Shown piece by piece: positions 15,816-26,363 of a stretch of 64,000 nt of DNA (within the stretch, counting starts at the first letter, position 1; every line of letters starts with the position of its first letter). The translations under genes were made by a program, and so were the position numbers. A model generated the notes under the pieces. It did not search any database. It was not told the DNA's origin and saw only the letters and a list, made by a program, of their open reading frames with translations. The stretch is from Candidatus Staskawiczbacteria bacterium RIFCSPHIGHO2_02_FULL_43_16 (lineage in GTDB: Bacteria; Patescibacteriota; Minisyncoccia; Minisyncoccales; Staskawiczbacteraceae): contig MHOU01000003.1 of the NCBI GenBank assembly GCA_001821935.1, forward strand, positions 11,873 to 75,872, given 5' to 3'.

Positions 15816-15859
15816 CTTCCCAAGGCACCAACCGAAGTTGGTGTCTTTTTTTGTAAACT

Positions 15860-15891
15860 AAAAGCGTCGCGCCTTCGGGCGCGACGCTTTT
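15860..15891. terminator. Bidirectional rho-independent terminator
   Basis: AAAAGCGTCGCGCCttcgGGCGCGACGCTTTT between the RelE-like gene (+) and rny (-). Confidence 0.75.
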
Positions 15892-15894
15892 AGT

Positions 15895-17436
15895 TTATCT
15901 GGCATATTCAATCACCCGGTTCTCCCTAATCACTGTCACTTTAATTTCCCCCGGATATTTCAATTCTTCTTCAATACTGGCGGCAATTTGGCGAGCCATT
16001 TTTGCCACGCCCAAATCATCCACTTTATCGGCCTTCACAAATACCCGGATTTCCCGACCGGCTTGAATAGCATAAGTTTTTTCTACCCCTTCAAAGCGGT
16101 TGGCGATATCTTCTAAGGCCTTCAAGCGCTGCAAGTAATTTTCAATGCTGTCTTTGCGGGCTCCTGGGCGCGAAGCGGAAATGGAATCGGCCACAATGAC
16201 AATGGTGCCTTCAATAGAATCAATAGGGTAGTCACCGTGGTGGCTGCGCATAGCATGGATAATTTCTTCTTTTTCACCAAACTTTTCCAAAATTTTAATG
16301 CCAATCTCAATGTGACTACCTTCCATTTGCTGGTCCAGTGCCTTCCCAATGTCGTGGAACAGGCCGGCGCGTTTAGCCACCTGGGCGTTGGCCCCCAGTT
16401 CTTCGGCAATGGTTTCGGCGATTAAGGCTACTTCCATGGAATGTTGCAATACATTCTGGCCATAGGAAGTTCGGTAATGCAGCCGGCCCAAAATTTGCAC
16501 CAGTTTTTCATGGGCGGCCAGCTGGTTCATTTCAAACATAGTTTTTTCCCCGGCCTTTTTAATTACATCGGCAATTTCTGCCGTGGCTTCCGCGATTTTT
16601 TCTTCAATTTTGGCGGGCTGGATCCTGCCGTCGGCGATCAATTTATCCAGTGCCATTTTGGCAATCTGCCGGCGAATGGGGTTAAAACAGGAAATAACCA
16701 CCGAATCGGGGGTTTCATCTAAAATCAGTTCAACCCCGGTCAGTTTTTCAAAAGTTTTAATGTTTCTGCCTTCTTTGCCGATGATTCTGCCTTTTAAATC
16801 TTCGCTAGCCAGGGTGATGGTGGTGGTGCTTAATTCCAGCGTGTGAGCCACGGCGCATTTTTGGATGGCCAGGGTTACAATTTCCCGCGCCTTGGTTGCC
16901 AGCGCATCCTGGCCGGATTCTTCCATTTTACGCATGCGCTCTAATAAATCTTTTTCTGAATCTTTTTCAACCAAGCCCAATAATTCTTTTTTGGCATCTT
17001 CGCGCGTAAGGCTGGCTACTTTTTCCAGTTTGCCCTCAGCTTCAAGACGCAGTTTGTCTAAGTTTTCTTTGACTTCTTTTAATTTCTCCACTCTCTGGCC
17101 AAGGTCTTCTTCTTTCTTTTCAAACCCGGTTATTTTTTCTTCCAGCAGTTTTTCTCGGTCTAAAATAAGTTGCTGGGCTTTCAAAAACTCTCTCCGCCTA
17201 TCATCAACTTCTTTTTGGGAATCTTGTAAAATCTTTGAAGATTTTACTTCGGCTTCTTTTATTAACTTTGCCGTTTCTTCTTTGGTGTCCTGTACCTTTT
17301 TGACCAGTTTCGCTTCTAAAGAGCCAGCCCGTTGCTTGGCAATGGATTGGCGGATATAGTAGCCCACAATAGTTCCGCCACCCAGCGCTAATGCCAGGAG
17401 CAGTGATAGTATAATAGTGTCCATGTTTTTTAACAT
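15895..17436 (-). CDS. rny: Ribonuclease Y
   Basis: N-terminal TM helix, long coiled-coil, KH domain, and HD domain (…LFHDIGKA…HHGD…). 513 aa. Confidence 0.9.
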   Translation of the reverse strand: MLKNMDTIILSLLLALALGGGTIVGYYIRQSIAKQRAGSLEAKLVKKVQDTKEETAKLIKEAEVKSSKILQDSQKEVDDRRREFLKAQQLILDREKLLEEKITGFEKKEEDLGQRVEKLKEVKENLDKLRLEAEGKLEKVASLTREDAKKELLGLVEKDSEKDLLERMRKMEESGQDALATKAREIVTLAIQKCAVAHTLELSTTTITLASEDLKGRIIGKEGRNIKTFEKLTGVELILDETPDSVVISCFNPIRRQIAKMALDKLIADGRIQPAKIEEKIAEATAEIADVIKKAGEKTMFEMNQLAAHEKLVQILGRLHYRTSYGQNVLQHSMEVALIAETIAEELGANAQVAKRAGLFHDIGKALDQQMEGSHIEIGIKILEKFGEKEEIIHAMRSHHGDYPIDSIEGTIVIVADSISASRPGARKDSIENYLQRLKALEDIANRFEGVEKTYAIQAGREIRVFVKADKVDDLGVAKMARQIAASIEEELKYPGEIKVTVIRENRVIEYAR

Positions 17437-17508
17437 TTAATAATTTTACAAACAAATAAACCCACCAACGTAGTGGGCCCGTACATGACACATGATATTT
17501 TTGAAAAT

Positions 17509-18093
17509 CTACTTAGTTCCCTCTATGACTTCGTCAATCAGCCCGTACTTTTGGGCCTCAACGGCTGTCATATAAAAATCGCGGTCGGTGTCTTTTTCAA
17601 TCGTGGCCATGGGTTGGCCCGTTTTACCGGCCAGAATCTCGTTGATCTTACCTTTGATTTTTATAATCTGCTTGGCTGCAATTTCAATTTCCGTTGCCTG
17701 TCCCTGGACTCCGCTGGCCACCTGGTGAAGCATGATTTCGGCGTTAGGCAAGGCAAAGCGTTTGCCTTTTGAACCGGCTGCTAAAAGCACTGCTCCCATG
17801 GAAGCCGCAAGACCCACGCAAATGGTGGAAACGGGGCATTGGATGAACTGCATCGTGTCATAGATTGCTAAACCGGCAGTTACTGAACCGCCAGGGCTGT
17901 TAATGTAAAGCTTAATATCTTTTTTGGGGTCCTTGCTAACCAAGTAAAGCATTTGCGCTATCACCACATTTGCGTTCATATCGGTTACCGGCCCAGCCAA
18001 AAAAATAATACGCTCTTCTAAAAGCCTAGAAAATATGTCGTATACGCGCTCACCGCGCTGCGTTTTTTCTACAATAGTTGGTACTATTGGCAT
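17509..18093 (-). CDS. clpP: ATP-dependent Clp protease proteolytic subunit
   Basis: [19 protein letters not shown]…[33 protein letters not shown], the ClpP catalytic-triad context. Position after tig is conserved. Confidence 0.9.
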   Translation of the reverse strand: MPIVPTIVEKTQRGERVYDIFSRLLEERIIFLAGPVTDMNANVVIAQMLYLVSKDPKKDIKLYINSPGGSVTAGLAIYDTMQFIQCPVSTICVGLAASMGAVLLAAGSKGKRFALPNAEIMLHQVASGVQGQATEIEIAAKQIIKIKGKINEILAGKTGQPMATIEKDTDRDFYMTAVEAQKYGLIDEVIEGTK

Positions 18094-18106
18094 CTTTTAA
18101 TTTTTA

Positions 18107-19438
18107 CTATTTTGCCTCGCCCGTTTGGCTACGGCCAAGGGAAAAACTCTCTAATTTTTCAAACACTTTCTCGTTAAACTTCGCTCCTTTACTATACTCC
18201 CTTAACTGCCCCATGTCAATTTTCTCTAACTGCTCTTTACTGTAATTTTTGACGGCTTTGTTCATCTCCTCTTGCAACTCCGCCGTTGAAACTTCCACCT
18301 TTTCAGCCTTGCCAACCTGGCGCAATACCAAAAAATCTTTAATGCGCTTTTCCGCTTCTAACTTGAAAGAATCTTTCACTTCTTGTTCGGTTTTTTTCAC
18401 GTTCTGCAAGTATTGCTCCAGTGTCATCTTAAACCGGCTAATTACGCCATTTTTCATGTCTTCAAATAACCTTTCCTGTTCATACTGGACCATTTTTTCT
18501 GGTAGTTCAAACTTAACTTTTTCAGCAATTTTGTTTAATAATTCACCGCGTTTGCGTTGTTTTTCGGTTTCTTGTTTTTCAGCTGTAATGCCTTCTTTTA
18601 AATTTTCTTTCAAAGCCACCAGGCTCTCAAATACGCCTAGCGCTTTAGCAAAATCATCATTAATCTCCTGTAATTCCATGGTTTGCACGGAAATCATTTT
18701 CACCTTAAAATCTCCCATCTTACCACCAAGGTTATTTATAGCATTGTCCGGAAACTTAGCGGAAAATTCTTTTTGGTCACCCGCCTTCATTCCCAAAACA
18801 TTATCTTCAAAGTCTTTCAAAAACCCTCCTTCACCCAAAATAAACCGGTCCTTGACGGTTTTACCTTCATTGATATCTTTGTTAGTATATTCAATTTCCA
18901 CAAAGTTTTTATTTGCGGCCGGGGCGTCAACTTGGGAAAACTTGGCCCGGCTTTTTTGCAAATATTCCAGCGTTTCCTGGATTTCCTTGTCATACACCGC
19001 CACTTCATTGCTTTTTATACCCTTGGCAATTTCTTTGTAATCAGGCAATTCAATTTCCGGCAACACGGCAACGGTTACTTTAAACAAAAAGGGATTTCCT
19101 TTGGCAATTTTTACAATTTGCACATCCGGGTCGCCAATGGGTTCCAGTTTATTTTCTGCCACAAATTTGCTATACGTTTTTTTCACCGCCAATTCTCCCG
19201 CTTCCATCAGCACATTTTCCGCCCCCGCCTTTTTCTCAACCATTTCCAAAGGCACCTGCCCCTGCCTAAAACCATCCATTTTCACATGGCCTTTTAAATG
19301 TTCCAGTGCCTTTTGCCAATATTCCGCAAACTCTTTTTCATCTAACTCAAAGTTAATCTCTACTTGCGACTTTGGCAATTTTTTTAGTTCTGCTTTCATG
19401 AATTTATGGAGCGAAGCTAAGGGAGCCTTGGCGAACAC
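18107..19438 (-). CDS. tig: Trigger factor
   Basis: N-terminal ribosome-binding region with the GFRQGQVP motif, PPIase-like middle, C-terminal arm. tig-clpP synteny. The C-terminus ends …SLGRSQTGEAK (see the in-frame repeat finding). Confidence 0.85.
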   Translation of the reverse strand: MFAKAPLASLHKFMKAELKKLPKSQVEINFELDEKEFAEYWQKALEHLKGHVKMDGFRQGQVPLEMVEKKAGAENVLMEAGELAVKKTYSKFVAENKLEPIGDPDVQIVKIAKGNPFLFKVTVAVLPEIELPDYKEIAKGIKSNEVAVYDKEIQETLEYLQKSRAKFSQVDAPAANKNFVEIEYTNKDINEGKTVKDRFILGEGGFLKDFEDNVLGMKAGDQKEFSAKFPDNAINNLGGKMGDFKVKMISVQTMELQEINDDFAKALGVFESLVALKENLKEGITAEKQETEKQRKRGELLNKIAEKVKFELPEKMVQYEQERLFEDMKNGVISRFKMTLEQYLQNVKKTEQEVKDSFKLEAEKRIKDFLVLRQVGKAEKVEVSTAELQEEMNKAVKNYSKEQLEKIDMGQLREYSKGAKFNEKVFEKLESFSLGRSQTGEAK

Positions 19439-19606
19439 TTATCCCAGACTTTTATTTTTTATAATAAAATGGGATTTGGAAATTCACCTCGAAAATGGGG
19501 TTTGAGGGAGCGTAGCGACACTCAGTTCGCATTTTGTAAAAAATGAGAACATACCATTCCCTTGTGACCCCATTTTCGCTGGATACCTTGCTACGCTTTT
19601 TATTCT

Positions 19607-19930
19607 TTATATATTATCTATCTTTGCCGCCATTATAAAATCATTTTCCGACAACCCGTTTACAAAATGGGTCCAAAGCGTAATTTCCACTTTACTATAA
19701 TTGATTGCAATATCCGGATGATGCCCCTCTTCTTCTGCCAACACGGCTATTTTATTTACAAACTCCATTGCCTTTACAAAATCTTCAAATTTGAATTCTT
19801 TTACAATTTTTTGAGTCTCTAAAAACTCCCATCTCTCTTTCAATTCAGAAAGATAACCTTTAATTTCGTGCTCGCCAAGCAAAACTAATTTATCATGAGG
19901 CAAACATTTCTTGTTAAGTAAATTTTCCAT
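19607..19930 (-). CDS. Pterin-4a-carbinolamine dehydratase (PCD/DCoH family)
   Basis: 107 aa. …EEGHHPDIAINYSKVEITLWTHFVNGLSENDFIMAAKID matches the PCD signature (EGHHPxI…THxxGGLSxxDF). Confidence 0.75.
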   Translation of the reverse strand: MENLLNKKCLPHDKLVLLGEHEIKGYLSELKERWEFLETQKIVKEFKFEDFVKAMEFVNKIAVLAEEEGHHPDIAINYSKVEITLWTHFVNGLSENDFIMAAKIDNI

Positions 19931-20152
19931 AAGTTTATTTGGGGATGTAAAGTATTTAATATGGACGTCGCCTGCCTGCCGGTAGGCAGGGGCGTCTACG
20001 CTATTTTACTCGGTACCGTGAATTTAACGACCGTGAGATTTATGGTACTTTTTATTTAAAATGGTGGCTGTTCCCATTCTGTCCCCATTTTCACTTGCTT
20101 TTTATTATTTCTCAAATACAATTAAATCAGTTCCCCTTCAAAAGGAGGCTTT

Positions 20153-20353
20153 ATGCCAAGCAGACTGACGATTCACTGGTTTGTAGCGATTATACTGATA
20201 ATCGCATTTGCGCTTGTCTATTCAAATCCCTCGGTGGGACAATGGATAGAAGAAATCTTCGGCCAGGGAAGCCGAAATATCCTGGCATTCGCCATCGTTG
20301 TCATCACGGCCATTCTTGCCCTCGCTTTCAACACAAACTGGAGAAAGCAGTAA
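20153..20353 (+). CDS. Small two-helix membrane protein
   Basis: 66 aa with two hydrophobic helices. A terminator follows immediately. Confidence 0.4.
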   Translation: MPSRLTIHWFVAIILIIAFALVYSNPSVGQWIEEIFGQGSRNILAFAIVVITAILALAFNTNWRKQ

Positions 20354-20357
20354 TCGC

Positions 20358-20394
20358 CCAAGCCCAACGACGCGTCGTTGGGCTTCTTTTTTTA
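20358..20394. terminator. Bidirectional rho-independent terminator
   Basis: GCCCAACGACGcgTCGTTGGGCttcttttttt. It also sits at the 3' end of the convergent pyrophosphatase gene. Confidence 0.7.
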
Positions 20395-22422
20395 TACTAA
20401 GAAAGCAACGATCAACAACGCCACGATATTCAACACCTTAATCATAGGATTTATTGCGGGTCCCGCTGTATCCTTATAGGGATCGCCGACGGTATCTCCG
20501 GTAACCGCTGCCTGGTGGGCAAAACTGCCTTTTCCGCCCAGGTTTCCTTCTTCAATGTACTTTTTAGCATTATCCCAAGCGGCGCCTCCAGTGGTCATAG
20601 AAATGCCCACAAAGAGTCCTGTAACAGTAGCTCCAATTAACAATCCCCCCAGTGCTTCAACTCCCAAAAACATACCCACCAAAATTGGGGCAACTACCGG
20701 AATTAATGCTGGAATCATCATTTCTTTAATGGCGGCTTTGGTTACAATATCAACGCACTTTCCGTATTCTGGTTTGACAGTGCCTTCCATTAAACCTTTG
20801 ATGTCGCGAAATTGTCTGCGAACTTCTTCAACCACTTTACCGGCAGTTTTTCCAACCGCACCCATCAAAAAGCTTGCAAACAAGTAGGGAAGCAAACCTC
20901 CAATTAACAAACCAACAATCACTTTTGGGTTAGACAAATCAAATACCAGCATTCCGCCGCCCATCCTGCTTGAAACTTCTTGAGTGTAAGCAGAAAACAA
21001 TACCAAGGCGGCTAAACCAGCCGAAGCAATGGCATAACCTTTGGTTACGGCTTTGGTGGTGTTTCCAACAGCATCAAGGGCATCGGTAATTTTTCTGATT
21101 TCCGGTGGCATTCCACTCATTTCAGCAATTCCACCGGCGTTATCGGTGATTGGGCCATAGGCGTCAACACCAACTACAATTCCTGAAATGGATAACATGC
21201 TGACTACGGCCAGTGCCACTCCGTAAATGCCCGCGAAATAAAAGCTCAGCATGGTTCCGGCGGCAATTAACAAAACCGGGAAAGCGGTTGATTGCATACC
21301 CAAACCAATTCCTCGGATAATGTTGGTGCCATGGCCAGTTTCAGAAGCTTTGGCGATTGAACGCACCGGCGTAAACTTTTTAGAAGTGTAATATTCTGTG
21401 ATAACAAACATTCCAACCGCAATTACCAAACCAACTAAGGTTGATAAGTACAAATTCATAACGGTAATATCTTGGCCTACCATCATTTTGCTGATAAGTG
21501 GATAAAAAGCGATGGCTGAAAGCACCACTGAAACTGCTAAGCCTTTATACATAGAGCCCATGATTGATTTGCTTTTGCCAAGCCTTACAAAGAAGCTTCC
21601 AATGACGCTGGTTAACATTGAAACGCTGGCCAACATTAGTGGCAGTAAAATAAACTGTGGGCTTCTTGGGAATAATAGGGCGCCCAAAATCATAGTGGCT
21701 ATCATGGCAACCGAATAGGTTTCAAAAATGTCTGCGGCCATACCTGCGCAGTCCCCCACATTGTCACCAACCTGGTCAGCAATTGTGGCCGGGTTTCTTG
21801 GATCATCTTCGGGAATGTTTTTTTCAACTTTTCCCACCATGTCGCCTCCCACGTCGGCGGCTTTGGTGTAAATTCCGCCTCCAACTCTGGCAAATACGGA
21901 AATCAAGCTAGCTCCAAAACCTAAACCAATCAAACCTTCAATTCCGGTGGCAAAATAATATCCGGCAACGGCAATCAATCCTAAGCTCACCACCATTAAA
22001 CCGGTAATTAATCCCCCTTTAAATGAAATGTCTAAGGCGTGGTCCATACTGCGTTCAGCGGCTTTAGCAACTCTGGTATTCGCTTGTGTTGAAACAATCA
22101 TACCAATAAACCCTGAAAGTCCTGACAATACTGCTCCCAATAAGAATCCAATGGCTATTTCCCAACCTAAGAAAATCCAAAGCGCTATAAACAAAATTAC
22201 CGCAACCACAGCCACGGTTTTATACTGACGTTTTAAGTAAGACATTGCGCCTTCTTGAATCGCTTGAGTAATAGCAACGGCTTTATCTTTGGCAGCTGGA
22301 GATTTTTGAATCTGCATTACCAAAAACACCACAAACGCGATGGTAAACAACGAAACGATAATTGGGAAATAAGTTATGAGAGCCATGAATTGATGAGCGA
22401 AGCGAGGAAATTCACTTCGCAA
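20392..22422 (-). CDS. hppA: Membrane-bound proton/sodium-translocating pyrophosphatase
   Basis: 676 aa, many TM helices. Signature motifs [18 protein letters not shown] and [18 protein letters not shown]. Confidence 0.9.
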   Translation of the reverse strand: MRSEFPRFAHQFMALITYFPIIVSLFTIAFVVFLVMQIQKSPAAKDKAVAITQAIQEGAMSYLKRQYKTVAVVAVILFIALWIFLGWEIAIGFLLGAVLSGLSGFIGMIVSTQANTRVAKAAERSMDHALDISFKGGLITGLMVVSLGLIAVAGYYFATGIEGLIGLGFGASLISVFARVGGGIYTKAADVGGDMVGKVEKNIPEDDPRNPATIADQVGDNVGDCAGMAADIFETYSVAMIATMILGALLFPRSPQFILLPLMLASVSMLTSVIGSFFVRLGKSKSIMGSMYKGLAVSVVLSAIAFYPLISKMMVGQDITVMNLYLSTLVGLVIAVGMFVITEYYTSKKFTPVRSIAKASETGHGTNIIRGIGLGMQSTAFPVLLIAAGTMLSFYFAGIYGVALAVVSMLSISGIVVGVDAYGPITDNAGGIAEMSGMPPEIRKITDALDAVGNTTKAVTKGYAIASAGLAALVLFSAYTQEVSSRMGGGMLVFDLSNPKVIVGLLIGGLLPYLFASFLMGAVGKTAGKVVEEVRRQFRDIKGLMEGTVKPEYGKCVDIVTKAAIKEMMIPALIPVVAPILVGMFLGVEALGGLLIGATVTGLFVGISMTTGGAAWDNAKKYIEEGNLGGKGSFAHQAAVTGDTVGDPYKDTAGPAINPMIKVLNIVALLIVAFLV

Positions 22423-22512
22423 ATCAGGCTGAAATTTTTATATATAATATTCAGCTAGGCCTAATTTGCGTTGCGACACCTTACTTGCTATTAATTATTT
22501 TTATTAATTTTA

Positions 22513-23223
22513 TTATTTTGTAATTTTAAACGTGGAAAGTATTCTAGTATTTAAATCTTCTAATTCAAAAAAGTCAGAGTAATCTTTTCTTTTTAATTTC
22601 TCAATGTCTATCTCTTTATTTCCTAATATTGATAATACTATTGATCCATTACCATACTTTATAATCGTTGCGATAGTAGGAGTAAGTGAATAATAGGAAT
22701 AAACATTTTCTTCTTTTATTATATCTGTTTCTTTATAATCTTTTGCTATATATTTGGAATCTACCCTTTCGAAAGACAATGCTTCTACATTCTTTGTATT
22801 CTGATTTAAAACTCTTTGAAAATATACATATCCACCCTTTACTGCAAATGGATCGTTCATTTCACCAGTCACAGCAACATTAAATGGGCTGGGCTCATTG
22901 CACATCTCGCATATATTTAATCTCAAAGAGAACAACCTAATACTATCGTTATCAATATTCTTCTCAAAAAAGACATATGGCGAATCATTATCTTCGATTG
23001 TAAAATATTCTGGATATTTTATTTCAAATTTATAGCCCCCAAAAAATTTATTACTTTCACTTCTATACGTTTTCCAATTGGACATTTCATTTTGAAATTT
23101 TGCATTGTCATTTCGATTTTTGATATTTGCATTTTGCATTATCAAAAAACCCCCGCCAAACAATACTATTGCCGCGACCAGAATAATTAAAATTCCCTTG
23201 GACGTTAAAATTCTTTCTTTCAT
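22513..23223 (-). CDS. Hypothetical membrane-anchored protein
   Basis: N-terminal TM (ILIILVAAIVLFGGGFLIM) then a ~200-aa Asn/Tyr-rich domain. No family recognised. Confidence 0.5.
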   Translation of the reverse strand: MKERILTSKGILIILVAAIVLFGGGFLIMQNANIKNRNDNAKFQNEMSNWKTYRSESNKFFGGYKFEIKYPEYFTIEDNDSPYVFFEKNIDNDSIRLFSLRLNICEMCNEPSPFNVAVTGEMNDPFAVKGGYVYFQRVLNQNTKNVEALSFERVDSKYIAKDYKETDIIKEENVYSYYSLTPTIATIIKYGNGSIVLSILGNKEIDIEKLKRKDYSDFFELEDLNTRILSTFKITK

Positions 23224-23229
23224 TTATTT

Positions 23230-24753
23230 TTAATTTTGAATGTATCTGATGCCGACGTATTCATTGGAAGATATTGTCTGATTTTTAACTACCTGACCTT
23301 TCGCCACGGTGATCCCAGAAAGCCTACCAAGCTGATTTTTCAGTCGTTCATATAATGCCTCTATTTTTTGATCATCGGGAGTATTTATAAAATCTTCTTG
23401 CCCATGACTTATTGCGGCCACCAGGCGAACTTGGCCGGTTTTAAAATCATATTCTTTAATTTTTATCGCGTAAGCACCCGCATCGCCAAAAGTCCATCTC
23501 ATATATAATTTATTTAGAGCGGGATCGTAACCAACGATAGACGGGAAATCAATGTTTTCTGCTAATATTTTCCCCTGTTTTGAAACCAAATCGTACTGCC
23601 AAAGAGTTAATCTGCAATCTGCCATATAATAATTGCAATTTTCCCCAGAAAGATAGTACAAAATATCTTTGTAAATAAAGAAGTCATTTATTACGTCATC
23701 AGGTAACGTGGATTTTTGTGCACGACGAACCCCTGGCAAATCAATACTTTCAATTTGCTTTGACAAAAGATCGATAGAAGAAAGTTGCCCATACAAATCC
23801 ACGAAGTAGGCCTTGTTTCCCACAAGCTGCATTTGAGGCTCAGAGTTACTATACAAGTCAAGGTAAGCCATAACCTCTTTGTCACCGCCTTGATCCTTAA
23901 AAATTAAAACTGTTTTTGTTTTTGCCCATTGCGGATCACCACTGAAGCCCACCGAGTTAAAAATTACTTCTGTTTGAATTAATCCATTTGATTCTGGAGT
24001 AATAGAATACAGCGAACTAGATAAGTTAATTCCACTCGTTAGTAATGCGAGAAAGTCATTCGTACAGTCGCCATCAATAGCTAGTCCGTTTTCATGCAAC
24101 ACCAAACTATTCTGGCTGTCTTTTTGGGGGAAATGATTTATATACACACCAATATTTTTAGTTCCGCCACCATTTTGATTTCTTTGCCAAAAAGAGGTAA
24201 TCCGAAAATAACTGTCTGACAGATAAATATCCTTAGTTTCCTTCTCAAAAAAATCTCGCGTAGATTCATCGAGATGATAATCGTAGTTGCTGCTTAACGC
24301 TTCAGTATCTAGTTTTCCATAAGAAAGCATGCATCCAGAAGAATGTTTTAACTGCAAGGGCATATTTTTGTCGCTTGTGTTAATGGCAGACCATTTTCCA
24401 TTATAATTTATTTTAAATCCATACTCATTATTGGTATATGTTTCCCAGTGGGAAACAATTTTAGCAGTCCTGTAATCTTGGTACATAAAGGTTCCAACTG
24501 CAATAATGGGTAAAAGTATCATGATAATTGCTAAAATCGGAAAAACTTTTTTTTCATTCTCTCTCCGTAATGCGAAAGTTGAAAGAACAAAAGTGGTAAC
24601 TGCAAGAAAGATAAATAAAATAATGAACACCAAGTAGGTAGAAATTTCTACAGAATCAGTGGCACTAAGCGGGGAAGTAAGAGGGAGAACAAAAAACAGA
24701 ACAATGGGAAAGAGAGCAATAGCCAACGCCGTAATCCCTAATTTATTTTTCAT
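23230..24753 (-). CDS. Hypothetical membrane protein with a large extracytoplasmic domain
   Basis: Three to four N-terminal TM helices then a ~400-aa domain. Co-directional with the preceding gene, and both lie downstream of nusA. Confidence 0.5.
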   Translation of the reverse strand: MKNKLGITALAIALFPIVLFFVLPLTSPLSATDSVEISTYLVFIILFIFLAVTTFVLSTFALRRENEKKVFPILAIIMILLPIIAVGTFMYQDYRTAKIVSHWETYTNNEYGFKINYNGKWSAINTSDKNMPLQLKHSSGCMLSYGKLDTEALSSNYDYHLDESTRDFFEKETKDIYLSDSYFRITSFWQRNQNGGGTKNIGVYINHFPQKDSQNSLVLHENGLAIDGDCTNDFLALLTSGINLSSSLYSITPESNGLIQTEVIFNSVGFSGDPQWAKTKTVLIFKDQGGDKEVMAYLDLYSNSEPQMQLVGNKAYFVDLYGQLSSIDLLSKQIESIDLPGVRRAQKSTLPDDVINDFFIYKDILYYLSGENCNYYMADCRLTLWQYDLVSKQGKILAENIDFPSIVGYDPALNKLYMRWTFGDAGAYAIKIKEYDFKTGQVRLVAAISHGQEDFINTPDDQKIEALYERLKNQLGRLSGITVAKGQVVKNQTISSNEYVGIRYIQN

Positions 24754-24770
24754 AAATTATAATTTGTTCT

Positions 24771-26171
24771 TTATTCCGCTGATTTTTCCTCAGCTGGCTT
24801 TTCCTCTACAGAAGTTTCCTCGGCAGGGGACTCTTCCGAAGGCGTGCCTTCGTCCACCGAAGCTTCAGCGGAGGCGGATTCCTCCTCCTTAACTTTTTTT
24901 GCTCTTTTCTTTTTTGCCTCGCCCGTCTGGCTACGGCCAAGGGGCTTTTCCCCAGTAGTAGAATCCATGGATTCACTACGGGGCTGCGCTTCGCTTGCTT
25001 CTTTTGCTTCTTCTCCTTCCGCGGCCTTTGGCTTATCAGCTGTCTTAATATCTATTTTCCAACCGGTTAATTGGGCGGCTAATCTTACATTCCTGCCCTC
25101 TTTTCCAATGGCAAGCGAAAGCTGATCTTCTGGCACAAAAACCGTGGCGGAATTATTTTCTTGAATTTTTACCGCGGCTATTTTAGCGGGGGACAGCGAG
25201 TTACCAATAAACTTTTCCGGATCTTCATTCCAAGCAATCACATCAATTTTTTCTCCGCCCAATTCATTGATGACCGCCATAATGCGCGTTCCGCGCTGGC
25301 CAACACAGCTACCAATTGGATCAATGCGCTCTTCCGTTGAAGCCACTGCCATTTTGGTGCGATAGCCCGGTTCGCGGGCGATGGATTTAATCACCACAAT
25401 TCCACTGGCAATTTCCGGCACTTCAAGTTCAAATAATCGTGAAACCAATTTTGGATATGCGCGGCTCAAAAGCACGGCCGAGCCTTTCGGGGTATCTTCC
25501 ACTTTTACAATGTAAAATTTCAAGCGCTGGCCTTGTTTGTAAAATTCACCGGGAATATGTTCTTCGCGGTTTAAAATGCCCAGGGTTTTGCCAATGTCCA
25601 CCAATACCGTACTACCCTCAATACGCTGAATAATTCCGGAAATAATTTCACCTTCTTTGCTTTTGTATTCGGCGGCAATCACCCCTTTTTCCGCCTCGCG
25701 GATTTTTTGCAAAATCACCTGTTTGGCGGTTTGGGCGGCGATACGACCGTAATCTTGCTTTGAAACCAGGGGAATTTCCAGTTCTTCACCCAGCTTGATA
25801 TCCGGATTTTTTTTCCGGGCCTCGTCAATCATAATGTGCTTTTCCGGGTTAAAAACCACTTTTTTGGGCGCCTCCTGACCTTCTTGCAAACGGTCAAAAT
25901 CTTCGGCCGGCACCAATTTTTGGGCTTTTAATTCTTCAATTTCTTCTGGTGTGTACAACATAGATTCATCAACCACTAATTTTAATTGCCAAAACTGCCC
26001 GTCACCGGACACCTGGTTGAACTTGGCTTTGATTTTTTGCCCCTTTTGCCCGTAATCTTTTTTATAGGCGGTTGCCAAAGCCGCTTCAATCGTTTCTATG
26101 ATTGATTCGGGTGAAATTCCGCGCGCCTCCGCAATTTGGGCCAACGCCCGTTGAAAAGATTTTATGTCCAC
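24771..26171 (-). CDS. nusA: Transcription termination/antitermination factor NusA with an acidic C-terminal extension
   Basis: N-terminal domain, S1-like domain, and KH domains (…PIGSCVGQRGTRIMAVINELGGEKIDVIAWNEDPEKFI…). The C-terminal tail is E/S/A-rich and contains PLGRSQTGEAK. Confidence 0.85.
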   Translation of the reverse strand: MDIKSFQRALAQIAEARGISPESIIETIEAALATAYKKDYGQKGQKIKAKFNQVSGDGQFWQLKLVVDESMLYTPEEIEELKAQKLVPAEDFDRLQEGQEAPKKVVFNPEKHIMIDEARKKNPDIKLGEELEIPLVSKQDYGRIAAQTAKQVILQKIREAEKGVIAAEYKSKEGEIISGIIQRIEGSTVLVDIGKTLGILNREEHIPGEFYKQGQRLKFYIVKVEDTPKGSAVLLSRAYPKLVSRLFELEVPEIASGIVVIKSIAREPGYRTKMAVASTEERIDPIGSCVGQRGTRIMAVINELGGEKIDVIAWNEDPEKFIGNSLSPAKIAAVKIQENNSATVFVPEDQLSLAIGKEGRNVRLAAQLTGWKIDIKTADKPKAAEGEEAKEASEAQPRSESMDSTTGEKPLGRSQTGEAKKKRAKKVKEEESASAEASVDEGTPSEESPAEETSVEEKPAEEKSAE

Positions 26172-26186
26172 AACTTTTGCTCCGCA

Positions 26187-26290
26187 AAAGAAACTCTAAA
26201 TTCTAAACACTAAACTCTAAACGTCTTAAGGCTTAGAATTTTGGATTTGTTTAGGATTTAGGGTTTCGGATTTAGGATTTTAAAAAAAGA
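26187..26290. repeat. Inverted arrays of telomere-like heptamers (CYCTAAA x4 then TTTAGGN x4)
   Basis: aaactctaaattctaaacactaaactctaaacg … tttggatttgtttaggatttagggtttcggatttaggatttt. An imperfect long palindrome built from heptad repeats, between yraN and nusA. Confidence 0.6.
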
Positions 26291-26312
26291 TGTCCGCTTT
26301 CAGACGGACATG
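26283..26312 (-). terminator. Rho-independent terminator downstream of yraN (minus strand)
   Basis: Plus strand aaaaaaagATGTCCGctttcagaCGGACAT. On the minus strand the hairpin is followed by a T-run. Confidence 0.55.
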
Positions 26313-26363
26313 AGTTAATTCAGCATTAATTAATTATGAGTTTAGCAGAATGCAAGTCCGATG

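Noticed and set aside
18249-19505. Long antisense ORFs inside tig (18249..19040, 18683..19297, 19101..19505)
   Set aside because: They lie opposite a confidently identified trigger factor gene. Ser/Phe-rich low-complexity translations typical of antisense AT-rich frames.
20095-20400. ORF 20095..20400 (+)
   Set aside because: Alternative frame over the same bases as the small membrane ORF 20153..20353. Cys/His/Arg-rich with no features. The membrane-protein frame plus terminator preferred.
26187-26290. CRISPR array among the short tandem repeats
   Set aside because: The repeats are 7-nt units with no unique spacers, and arrays are followed by their own inverted copies. No cas genes in the window.
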